Positions 36,692 to 45,600 of a stretch of DNA of 64,000 nt are shown here, piece after piece. The DNA is from a virus: IMG/VR virus record IMGVR_UViG_3300027736_000027, positions 46,951 to 110,950 of that record; one strand, given 5' to 3'. A model generated the notes under the pieces. The model ran no database searches and was not told the origin of the DNA. It worked only from the letters and a program-made list of their open reading frames with translations. A program made the translations under genes and the position numbers. Numbering within the stretch: the stretch's first letter is position 1; each line of letters begins with the position of its first letter.

Positions 36692-37425
36692 ATTAACGAG
36701 TTAACATCATCTGAAAAATCATCAATCGAAGTTTCTGGCTTTATTACTTGAGTTAATCCACGTTCTTGCATAACTTCAGTTTTTCGATCAGGATGAGTTA
36801 GGTGGCGAGTATCTGATGGTTTATCAATTTCCTCAACTGTTATCTCTTTTATTAAATTTTTAGTACCTGCGGTTATATAATATTCATTACTAGACTCAAT
36901 TAATGGAGTTACTGACTTGGAGGATCCGCTGCCTCGTTGTTCAATATCTTGATGTACTTTTTTATAGGTATCCTCTAGAAATAACATGTAATTGGCTTGG
37001 GTTTTTACAACCATTGTTAATTTATCTTGTAACTGCCCAAATACTTCAAAAAGTCGTGGATGAGTATTGCCTTGATTAATTTCTTCTGTTATTTTTTCAA
37101 TTGCCATTCGAATTGTTTTTAACTGAAAAAAGATATTTTGAATATTTGAATTATCTAAAATTTGTTTCTGTTTTAAATATTCATGTTTTTCAAGTACTCC
37201 TAATTCTACATAAAATTTAAGCATTGAATTTGTAATATCCTTTGCCTGTTTCTCAAAGTTAGAATTCATCTCTTCAAAATCAAGAGGCGGAGCCATTGCA
37301 ATTTCGCCTAGTTGAGAATCCGCAATATCATCTACTGGATTTGGTCCGCCTTGGTATGTTGATAATAGGTCTTCAAGTTCACCACGAATTTGTGCCTTTT
37401 TTTCTTTGTTAAATACTTGAGCCAT
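36688..37425 (-). CDS. Terminase small subunit-like protein (T4 gp16-like)
   Basis: HPRLFEVFGQL resembles the gp16 HPRxxEV motif; lies directly upstream of terL. Confidence 0.65.
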   Translation of the reverse strand: MAQVFNKEKKAQIRGELEDLLSTYQGGPNPVDDIADSQLGEIAMAPPLDFEEMNSNFEKQAKDITNSMLKFYVELGVLEKHEYLKQKQILDNSNIQNIFFQLKTIRMAIEKITEEINQGNTHPRLFEVFGQLQDKLTMVVKTQANYMLFLEDTYKKVHQDIEQRGSGSSKSVTPLIESSNEYYITAGTKNLIKEITVEEIDKPSDTRHLTHPDRKTEVMQERGLTQVIKPETSIDDFSDDVNSLI

Positions 37426-37432
37426 GAATTAT

Positions 37433-37678
37433 TTAATTTAGTCGGTTTTCGTTTTTATCTAGTGCCGGATTGGCAAAAATTTTTATTTGCTTTACTGACT
37501 CTATATGCTCATAGATAAATGATTCCATATAGGTAAGAAATCCATCTAATATTGGATTAATTCCAAACATTTGATTAGATAGAGTCTTTTTTAAAACTTG
37601 ACCCTTATATCTAAATCCTAAATTTAGTCGACGGTCTTTTCTATTGTATATACCCCAATAAATTGAATTTCTTATCAT
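37433..37678 (-). CDS. Hypothetical protein (possible baseplate-associated)
   Basis: Overlaps the stop of the gp6-like gene. Confidence 0.55.
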   Translation of the reverse strand: MIRNSIYWGIYNRKDRRLNLGFRYKGQVLKKTLSNQMFGINPILDGFLTYMESFIYEHIESVKQIKIFANPALDKNENRLN

Positions 37679-39405
37679 AATAATTTTATTTTGTTACGTC
37701 TTGATTTAACTGCTTTTATTTCAATATTAATTGGGCTAAGTTGAGTAGTTGAGATAACTTCACTATACAAATTTTGGGCACGATCTCTCCAGCCTCCTCT
37801 AATAACTGGAAATTCATTAGACTTAATAATAATATCGTTAAATTCATCTAATCCAATTAATTCTTCAGGTTTAGCTATACTCAAAGCTGGCCTAACTGAG
37901 CTAGCAATTGCAGCCTTTTCATTTTCTTCAGATAATATAGTGATACTTACTGAGTCTACTCCATTTATCTCTTCTATAATTTTAATTAAATCACTTTTTG
38001 GAACTCGATCGTGCCTACTTAATTTAATAAAATATTGACCGATTGCATTGGTTATATCAGCTTTAATTATATCATTTGAAACATCTTCAAATCCAATAAC
38101 ACTTATATTTAAAACATATTTAGTTATGATAGGATCAATAATTATAATATCAGTGGAAATCATTTTAGTACCAGATCGCTCTATGAAATTTAAAAGTTGA
38201 TTTTTTTGATATTGTGTTAATCTAAACTTATCTGTATTCATTTTAAAATAGTCACTACCGTTTGTAAATAATTGTGAAATATCTGGTATTAAAAATAAAT
38301 TAATCATACGGGCAAGAGCAGAACCGGTTGCTCCAGCCAAAGGCGGCGGAGCTAAAAATACCCGAACCGTTGAAAACATTTGTAATTTATGTAATAAGAC
38401 TTCATAATTATCTACATTAATTAGTGCAAAATTCTTAGATGCCTTTGGAGCAATTAATTTGGTTAATTCAAGCTCTTCTGGGTCAACACCAAAGCTTGGA
38501 GGACTTATTACTGTAATTTCCAATACCGAATTTAAGTCAATTTCATCGCCTACTATTGAAAAACCAGTCTCATCAAACGTAAAGTTAATTTGTCTAACAT
38601 CATCTACCTTAATATTGCCACCAGCTCCTTCTGAACTAAGATATTCAACAACAATAGTAGAGCCAAGAGTTGGTATTTTACCAAATGATCCATTTCCAAA
38701 ATATAGATCTAATCCATTTGTTATTCCAGTTTTAATAATAAAACCTTTATCTCCTCTTGGTATATCTAATAGGGACTCATATTTAGTCCACATTTCTCCA
38801 TTTACATAAACATTTACTTTAAAATGATCAACATAATAATTATTTTGTAAACCCATTTGGTAACTCTCAAATGCAATACCCTTTGCGGTAAAGGTTTGAG
38901 ACTGAACATCCCCTTGCCTAATACTTACCACAGTTAAAGCGGTTGAATTAGTTAAATCAAGTCGAAGTTCATCTTGTGATAATTCAAGTACATATTGAAG
39001 TCCATTATTTGTACACTTAAGCTTAAGTAAATCATTTAATATTATAATATTATTTTCAAAGGTTATACCGGTCTTTGGCTTAATTCTAATTTGGGCAGTT
39101 GCCCCAATTGCTCGGCTTGGATTATGTCCAGCTAAACTAGCTAATGAGTATATTGAAGATGCCCTAGAGGCTTCATAAATATTAAGTTCAGTAATTGAAT
39201 CTTCAATATAATAAAAAATTAATTGACTTAAGTTTTCAAAAACAATTAATAATTGACCAAATGGAGAAGCTGCGGTAAATATTGTTTTAGTTTGTTTAAA
39301 GGTTTCCTGTAAAAAACCAATAGTTTCACCTAAGATATCACCGATTCTTATTTTAAGGCTTGTAAATAGCCTAAGCGAATTATTTTGAGTTGATAAATTA
39401 GCCAT
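37675..39405 (-). CDS. Baseplate wedge protein (T4 gp6 / baseplate J-like)
   Basis: ASRASSIYSLASLAGHNP, LYFGNGSFGKIP...VEYLSSEGAGGN and NVDNYE. Confidence 0.8.
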   Translation of the reverse strand: MANLSTQNNSLRLFTSLKIRIGDILGETIGFLQETFKQTKTIFTAASPFGQLLIVFENLSQLIFYYIEDSITELNIYEASRASSIYSLASLAGHNPSRAIGATAQIRIKPKTGITFENNIIILNDLLKLKCTNNGLQYVLELSQDELRLDLTNSTALTVVSIRQGDVQSQTFTAKGIAFESYQMGLQNNYYVDHFKVNVYVNGEMWTKYESLLDIPRGDKGFIIKTGITNGLDLYFGNGSFGKIPTLGSTIVVEYLSSEGAGGNIKVDDVRQINFTFDETGFSIVGDEIDLNSVLEITVISPPSFGVDPEELELTKLIAPKASKNFALINVDNYEVLLHKLQMFSTVRVFLAPPPLAGATGSALARMINLFLIPDISQLFTNGSDYFKMNTDKFRLTQYQKNQLLNFIERSGTKMISTDIIIIDPIITKYVLNISVIGFEDVSNDIIKADITNAIGQYFIKLSRHDRVPKSDLIKIIEEINGVDSVSITILSEENEKAAIASSVRPALSIAKPEELIGLDEFNDIIIKSNEFPVIRGGWRDRAQNLYSEVISTTQLSPINIEIKAVKSRRNKIKLL

Positions 39406-39427
39406 TATCTTGAGACTTCTTTTTAGT

Positions 39428-39435
39428 TATTTATA
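39428..39435 (-). promoter_or_regulatory. T4-late-like promoter TATAAATA
   Basis: Exact TATAAATA 22 nt before the gp6-like ATG. Confidence 0.55.
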
Positions 39436-39504
39436 ATCCCAATATTTATTACCTAATTTTTGATACCAGATAAATAATTATAGTATATTATTATTATACT
39501 AATT

Positions 39505-39886
39505 GGGGGCGACCGGATTTGACGTTAGTTATCCAATTGAGTCTGCATGTCGAGGATGATACTTAAAGCTCGTAAACCTGGTATTACTGTAAGTTAATTG
39601 ACAACAATATAACTTTCTGGAGCCTTGTTAACCAAGTTAACACTCCAGCTACTGAAGAGCTTTTATTAGCTGCATAAGTGGTAAGCGGCAACTGCTTAAG
39701 TAACCCAAAGTTGCAAACCGATATGATCAATATCGTTAAAAGTGATATAGAAGATAAGTTCTCAGTAAACCGACCTATTCAATAAGGGAACTGTGAAGTT
39801 TGTTAGTTTAGCAAAATTAACTAAGCATGTAAACGAAGGCCTAATTTGAGGCTATACGGACGAGGTTTCGAATACCTCCGCCTCCA
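39505..39886 (+). ncRNA. ssrA: tmRNA
   Basis: 5' GGGGGCG pairs with 3' CGCCTCC-A, giving the G3-U alanine identity pair; GACCGGATTTGAC D-loop-like start; T-arm GAGGT-TTCGAAT-ACCTC; internal tag ORF 39600-39677 ending LLLAA-stop. Confidence 0.93.
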
Positions 39887-39898
39887 CTGTGACTGTTT

Positions 39899-39929
39899 TT
39901 GCAAACAAGTTTTTATGGCTTGTTTGCAA
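39899..39929 (+). terminator. Hairpin downstream of the tmRNA (terminator or processing signal)
   Basis: TTGCAAACAAG...CTTGTTTGCAA perfect 11-bp inverted repeat. Confidence 0.55.
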
Positions 39930-39967
39930 TAAATAGTTAGATAGAAAAACTTAATATAAATAACTAT

Positions 39968-40321
39968 ATGACAGGACTAGTAAATGGAACCAAACTAATT
40001 TGGACCTTGGTAATTATAATTGTAATTTTAATTGTATCACTATGTATTTCAATTGACTCAGACCAGTCAGACAAGTATAGTAAAGAAAAGTCACAAATTG
40101 ATAGTTTATCAACAATTATCTCTAAATTAGAAAAAGATCAACTTAAATACGATAGCCTAATTATAGGGTATCAACATAACTTAGTTGTTGCAGATCAACA
40201 AATTGACTCAACTAAAAATAAAATAAAAGAAATACAAAATTATTATGGTAAGAAAATTAAAGATATTAGTCGGGCTACTCCTGTTGAACTTGATGACTTT
40301 TTCACAAATCGCTACAAATAA
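39968..40321 (+). CDS. N-terminally anchored coiled-coil membrane protein (i-spanin-like)
   Basis: Single TM helix followed by a heptad coiled coil; overlaps the next gene by 77 nt. Confidence 0.55.
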   Translation: MTGLVNGTKLIWTLVIIIVILIVSLCISIDSDQSDKYSKEKSQIDSLSTIISKLEKDQLKYDSLIIGYQHNLVVADQQIDSTKNKIKEIQNYYGKKIKDISRATPVELDDFFTNRYK

Positions 40322-40658
40322 AAAAGTTCACTGCTTTCCAGATAGTATTGCAAAGCAGATTGCAATAGATTTAGTAAGAGGCGACTCTGCTAAAATAGAA
40401 TTAACTAAAACTATTATATTAGTAAATCAGTTAGAAGAAAAGAATTTAACTAATGAGAGACTTGTTAATACATATGTTTCTAAAGTAGCTAATTTTTCAT
40501 CACAAATTGATTTATATAGACAAAAAGAGGTTAAGTACACACAAATTGTTACAGGTTTAGAAAAGGATGTTAAGAAAGAACGCAGTAAGAATAAAATTAT
40601 AAAAATTGCAGCTGGTGTATTTGCAGTATTGGCAGTAATCGGATTTTCATCAAATTAA
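40245..40658 (+). CDS. Secreted coiled-coil protein with a C-terminal TM helix (spanin-partner-like)
   Basis: Signal peptide ...LMTFS|Q; C-terminal IAAGVFAVLAVIGF. Confidence 0.55.
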   Translation: MVRKLKILVGLLLLNLMTFSQIATNKKVHCFPDSIAKQIAIDLVRGDSAKIELTKTIILVNQLEEKNLTNERLVNTYVSKVANFSSQIDLYRQKEVKYTQIVTGLEKDVKKERSKNKIIKIAAGVFAVLAVIGFSSN

Positions 40659-40671
40659 ATAATTAATAAAT

Positions 40672-41439
40672 ATGAATACCCTAAATACCGATGATATATT
40701 TTTAAGAAATTTAACAATTTCTCTGCTTGACTTATTAAACAGTGAAATGCATCTTACTATTTCTAGAGCAGATCATAAAGAGACATTTTCAGTGCCATTT
40801 TTATATAATTTTGCAACAGATGAAGGTTTCTTAAAAGATTTTTATGTAGGTTTACCAGATAATTGTGAAATACCGGTAGCTGAAGGAGCTTACGATATTA
40901 TCCCTAGGGGAATTGTATCATTGACTTCATTTGAGGTGAGTTCGGCTGATATTACAAATAAATTTGTTAGAGGACAATTTTCAGCTACTGAAAAAGGAGC
41001 TAATGATGCCAATATTCTTACTGGTTATTCAGCTCAACTCTATACACTTCCGCTCTCTGTAAAATTTGATATTAAAATTATTTGTGATAATTTAAATAAA
41101 GCATTTAAAATTGCTGAACAGTTATTAGACATATATTATTCAAATAGAGTAATGTATTTTCAATATAATGGAGTTAGAATTCCTGCGCAATTTTCATTTC
41201 CATCTACTGAACTTGTTGATAAAAAATATTCAACATTTACAATGAACACCGATAATAAAATAACGGTTTCATTATCGATTGCAATTGAAACGTATTTCCC
41301 TAGTTTTGAAAAAACTTCTAAACGTAAAAGTTCTAATATTATGGACAAAATTAATATAACTAAAAGGGATTCAATTAATAATAATACACTAGCAAGTGTC
41401 TGGGTTGATCAAACAACCGGTCAAGATCCAAATATATGA
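40672..41439 (+). CDS. Tail completion/sheath stabiliser protein (T4 gp15-like)
   Basis: VPFLY, IPRG and LPLSVKFDIKI...IAEQLL resemble gp15-family patterns. Confidence 0.6.
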   Translation: MNTLNTDDIFLRNLTISLLDLLNSEMHLTISRADHKETFSVPFLYNFATDEGFLKDFYVGLPDNCEIPVAEGAYDIIPRGIVSLTSFEVSSADITNKFVRGQFSATEKGANDANILTGYSAQLYTLPLSVKFDIKIICDNLNKAFKIAEQLLDIYYSNRVMYFQYNGVRIPAQFSFPSTELVDKKYSTFTMNTDNKITVSLSIAIETYFPSFEKTSKRKSSNIMDKINITKRDSINNNTLASVWVDQTTGQDPNI

Positions 41440-42233
41440 AGTATCTAGTAGAGTTTAAAACATTTACAATTAACGAAGGTGGAAATGCTTTTCCAGATGC
41501 ACAGAGTCTTACTCGTGCAGAAGTTGAGCCGGCCTTTGCTAAATTCCAAAGTGCAATGACTCAATTATTTGGAGAAGCTGAACTTGAATTAATTGGTTCA
41601 TGGAGACAAAAAGATATTTCTGGAGATCTTGATGCTCTATTTTATTCTGAGCTTAGTCTGCCTGATATATCAGCAAAAATTCAAACCGCTGGCTATGAAA
41701 CAAAAATATTTTATGGATTTAATATTGTGTCAGTTAAATTTGAAATTTCTACAGGGCACTTTGTACAATTTGATATGTTCGTCAAACCGTTAGACACAAA
41801 TCGTAATATAAATGATATTTTCTATAAGTCAATTGATGAAGAAGACTATTCCACTAAGCACCGAGTCTTTTTGATATTTTGTGCACTAGACTCTATGCAG
41901 TTTGATAAAATTGAAAAGAACGGTACGGTAACCCAGTTTAAAGGATATATGTTTAGACCGGATGGAATATATCAATTTACTAAAGAATTAAAAAAGATTA
42001 ATTATAAAATAGTTGATCGCAAGCTTATTGCAGATACAATTCCTGAAATTTCAGATATACTATTTGGAAAAAATTATCCATATGCTAAATGGAATACCTA
42101 CGAAAAGACAATAGCTTTATTAACAGCCGCTAGTCAAAGTACTAATCCTAAATTAAATATGCCTCTTATTTTAAAAGAATATCGAGCTAAACTAGAAGAA
42201 GAAGGTTTAGTAATTCCAGGCGGAATTGATTAG
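41436..42233 (+). CDS. Pol-beta-superfamily nucleotidyltransferase-like protein with a capsid-targeting-like N-terminus
   Basis: MKYLVEFKTFTINE-GGNAF; LIGS...SGDLD...VQFDMF. Confidence 0.6.
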   Translation: MKYLVEFKTFTINEGGNAFPDAQSLTRAEVEPAFAKFQSAMTQLFGEAELELIGSWRQKDISGDLDALFYSELSLPDISAKIQTAGYETKIFYGFNIVSVKFEISTGHFVQFDMFVKPLDTNRNINDIFYKSIDEEDYSTKHRVFLIFCALDSMQFDKIEKNGTVTQFKGYMFRPDGIYQFTKELKKINYKIVDRKLIADTIPEISDILFGKNYPYAKWNTYEKTIALLTAASQSTNPKLNMPLILKEYRAKLEEEGLVIPGGID

Positions 42234-42847
42234 TCAAAATCTAATTCCAAATCAAAATTATAATAGCTAAAAGTTGCAGTAAAATAGCTAAACTTTGGAA
42301 CCACTGATGAATAACTTAAGGTTAATTCACTAAGTTGTTTAAGTTGAGGCCGGTTAAATATTACTGAACTTACTGCATAACCCTCGTTATTTAATAGAGT
42401 TAATCGGATTGGACTAAAAAATGGATGATTATTATTGGCAATTGGCGCAACCGTTAACGATTGACCAAGTGAAGTATCTCCAATATAAGAGGTTGAGGTG
42501 TTTGCTGGTTCTAAATAATTTAGTGCATTATCTAAAAATATAAAATAGTTAAGATATGCATCAGTTAATTTAAAAGTTAATTTTAACTCTCTAGTAAACA
42601 TATCAGCAATAGGTTTTGCGCTCTGCACTTCTTGAATTTTGCCTAGTGTTCTAATTTGAGTAGGCAATACAGTTGTTAAACCTGGAAAATTAACTCCTTG
42701 AATGGTAGATGCCATAAAATCTGAAATTGATTTATACGGTAATAATAAATTTCTGTAATATTTATCATATCGGGTTTGAACCTCAGCATTAAAAAAATCC
42801 TGCGGTAAATTTATTAGAAATCCATTTTGTCTTGAGTTTAAAATCAT
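42230..42847 (-). CDS. Tail-tube-fold protein (gp19/gp3/gp54-like)
   Basis: IQGVNFPG, LKLTF, LSELTLSY and FTATFSY beta pattern. Confidence 0.5.
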   Translation of the reverse strand: MILNSRQNGFLINLPQDFFNAEVQTRYDKYYRNLLLPYKSISDFMASTIQGVNFPGLTTVLPTQIRTLGKIQEVQSAKPIADMFTRELKLTFKLTDAYLNYFIFLDNALNYLEPANTSTSYIGDTSLGQSLTVAPIANNNHPFFSPIRLTLLNNEGYAVSSVIFNRPQLKQLSELTLSYSSVVPKFSYFTATFSYYNFDLELDFD

Positions 42848-42857
42848 ATAGAATTAT

Positions 42858-45182
42858 CTATACGAGACCAAGTATCGTCTTTAATTGAGATATTACTGAG
42901 TCTGCGGTAATTAATTTAGAACATTCAAATTGTCTATCTGTACCTTTGTGTATCGGACACCAATTCCAGTCACTTGGATCTAACCTGTGTGTATTAAAAC
43001 AACCTGCACATTTACCAGCCGGCGAACAAATTCTAGTGGTATTGGTAAGTGGTTCAGTATAGGCATGTGAGAATCCTGAAATTAAGATAGTTGGAGTTCC
43101 TAGTGCCCAAGCTAACCAACTCAGACCGCTGCCGATTCCAATAAAAGCCTCAGATTTTGAAATTTCAGAAATAGCCGCCTCAATTGGACCGCTTGGTAAT
43201 TTTCTAATACCAGTAGGCTGAATATTTCCCATGAAACCTGAATCTTCTCTTGAAATTAGGACAACTTCATAATTATGGGAACTACACCAGTCAACAACCT
43301 CTTGCCAACCAGTTGGATTATTCCAATATTTAGCCTGACATGTTGCATGAATTGCAATTGCAACCTGTTTCTTTTTAGTTTCAGTTGGAATACTTAATTT
43401 TGGAACAACTTCTTGATAGTCAAGCCCTAAAATATCAAATGCAGTTTTTTGCATTGGTTGATTTTTAGTTTCATTAGGATTCATATTTGGATTTAATTCT
43501 TCATTTTCACCATAATACCACCCAATTGAGTATAGGGCTTTTACATCGTGTACTTCATCTCCCGGTTTAATAAATTCTATTTCTGGATAGGTTTTTTCAA
43601 AAAAATCATTTTGAAAAGTAGAGCATATAACTTTACACTTGTGTTTTTTACGAAATTCTTCAACTGCTGGAAACCAGGCTAGGGTATCACCTAATGATTT
43701 TGAATCAAGCGAAATATAGACACGTTTATCTAATAGATCTAATTTTTTGTTAAACACAATTTCTCCGGACGAAAGGTCTTTTACGGTTATTAACCAGTCA
43801 ATAAAATAGGTTTTACTGGTTTTAATCCACATACTATTTGAAATTTCTCCAGAGTGTTCAACTTTGCCGGTTGATTGATTTATAAATTCAACCCAATATT
43901 GATTAGGATCGCCTCCGGATAACTCAATATGTGCGCCTCTAACAAAATGATGGCCAATATTTAGCGGTTTGCTAGCAGCTGAGTTCACACGGTTAATGAT
44001 TTCAGACTGACTATTAATATGATCCATTGTCTCTTTTGCAATTTTATCCCAATTAAAATTTTTATGAATTTCCTTGGCCTGGGATAGTGCCTCCTTTTTA
44101 TATTTAGCCCAATTGGTATAGGCAGATCTCATTACCTTTGCTAGGTCTACAAAGTCAGGCTCATAATAGTTTCCAATACTCTCATTAAAATGAGCATAGG
44201 TACTTTCACTAATCGGCCTTTCACCAACTATTTTAACTGGTAAACCTTTACCTTCTGCAAATTCTAATTGAGCTGAGCAGTTTGAATAGATTGATGGAGT
44301 TCCACAAGCCATTGCCTCAATTAATGGAAGATTCCAACCTTCGGCTCGGGCACATGAAAGAAATACGTTAGTTGACTTTAATAATTTAATATATTCTTCT
44401 CTAGGTGGTAGGTGTAATACTTTAAGGCGGTCATCAGTAAAGTTATAATGGGCAAGTCTCTCTTCTGTACCGGTTAGCCCATCACCAGAGTATGGATTAT
44501 CAATACTTAATATTAGGTCAACTGGTTCATCTTTTGAAAATTCAGATAAAAAAGTTTCTATTAATTCCTTGGTTGACTTTCGGTAATCCCATCTTCCAAA
44601 TATAGAAAAGGTAAATCTGCCATTACTTGTTAGTGGATGGCTAACCTCTTCTGGAAAAAATATTTCAGAGTCAACGCCTTCTGGTATAACAAATATTTTA
44701 TCAGCTGGATAACCTTGAGCAATCGTACAGTCACGTTGCCATTTTGAAGGAACCCATAATTCATTAAAGTCTAATAGTCTATTAAAAAAAGCTTCAGGTT
44801 GTAAAGTTGATTCCCAAACATTATAGGCAATTGAATAGCCTTGATAGTCTTGATAAAAATAGTGATGATTTGTTTCATTTAAAACTACGTTAATATCTGC
44901 TTTGCCTGGATTATGCCAATTTTTATAAATTGGATAGTCAGACAGCCGCTTATTATGATCCCATAAACTTTGTTGAACTAACATTGTTTTTAGGGTATTA
45001 TCTAAATACGGCTCACCATTATGTGGTTCATCTGAATAATTAGTCCAGCTTTTACCTATTGTAAAATTTCTAACTTCAACTGGTGTATACTTTGATAGGG
45101 TTTTAAAAAATGACTGAGCATGATTATTATAACCGGTGGTTCCAATAAACGAAGTATGAGCCTTTATTTTTAAATTTGACAT
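42858..45182 (-). CDS. Fusion of a GT4 (GT-B) glycosyltransferase and an Aah/TibC-like autotransporter O-heptosyltransferase domain
   Basis: N-half: VWEST, WVPSKW, GRWDYRK, EGWNLPLIEAMACGTP. C-half: SLGDTLAWFPAVEEFRKKH, KYWNNPTGW, FIGIGSGLSWLAW and Cys cluster CAGCFN...WCP.H.GTDRQFECSK. Confidence 0.85.
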   Translation of the reverse strand: MSNLKIKAHTSFIGTTGYNNHAQSFFKTLSKYTPVEVRNFTIGKSWTNYSDEPHNGEPYLDNTLKTMLVQQSLWDHNKRLSDYPIYKNWHNPGKADINVVLNETNHHYFYQDYQGYSIAYNVWESTLQPEAFFNRLLDFNELWVPSKWQRDCTIAQGYPADKIFVIPEGVDSEIFFPEEVSHPLTSNGRFTFSIFGRWDYRKSTKELIETFLSEFSKDEPVDLILSIDNPYSGDGLTGTEERLAHYNFTDDRLKVLHLPPREEYIKLLKSTNVFLSCARAEGWNLPLIEAMACGTPSIYSNCSAQLEFAEGKGLPVKIVGERPISESTYAHFNESIGNYYEPDFVDLAKVMRSAYTNWAKYKKEALSQAKEIHKNFNWDKIAKETMDHINSQSEIINRVNSAASKPLNIGHHFVRGAHIELSGGDPNQYWVEFINQSTGKVEHSGEISNSMWIKTSKTYFIDWLITVKDLSSGEIVFNKKLDLLDKRVYISLDSKSLGDTLAWFPAVEEFRKKHKCKVICSTFQNDFFEKTYPEIEFIKPGDEVHDVKALYSIGWYYGENEELNPNMNPNETKNQPMQKTAFDILGLDYQEVVPKLSIPTETKKKQVAIAIHATCQAKYWNNPTGWQEVVDWCSSHNYEVVLISREDSGFMGNIQPTGIRKLPSGPIEAAISEISKSEAFIGIGSGLSWLAWALGTPTILISGFSHAYTEPLTNTTRICSPAGKCAGCFNTHRLDPSDWNWCPIHKGTDRQFECSKLITADSVISQLKTILGLV

Positions 45183-45231
45183 ATAATTAAATCTTTTAAG
45201 ATTATACTTATATTACACTAGTGGTTTTTAA

Positions 45232-45600
45232 TTAAAATGATAAAGGTACCCATTCAGATAGGGTTTCATTCCAAGTATAGTGACCACTACTTGGATAGGT
45301 TACTTGTGATTTCCATTTAAAATTAGCATCTAATACCCAACTCGGAAAGGGTTTAGGTGAAATAAAAACATTATTAATTTCATTCCAGGTGTCTCCTATT
45401 CCTGCATATTTACTTCTAAAATTTGAATTATAAGAGGTTTGTCTTACCGTATCATAATCATAAATACCTTTAATATTTAAAGAGTCTATTAAGTCAATAC
45501 CTAATTGTTCAACCTCAACTCCATTATCTGTAATTGTAGTATTATCAATAACAATTACGGCAACTACAATATTTTCTTTTATCAGTGCAAAATGTGCCAT
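45232..45600 (-). CDS. Small phage fibre-associated protein
   Basis: MAHFA...NIVVAVIV, QTSYN.NFR.KYAGIG and PKPFPSW; this family usually follows Gly-rich fibre genes. Confidence 0.6.
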   Translation of the reverse strand: MAHFALIKENIVVAVIVIDNTTITDNGVEVEQLGIDLIDSLNIKGIYDYDTVRQTSYNSNFRSKYAGIGDTWNEINNVFISPKPFPSWVLDANFKWKSQVTYPSSGHYTWNETLSEWVPLSF

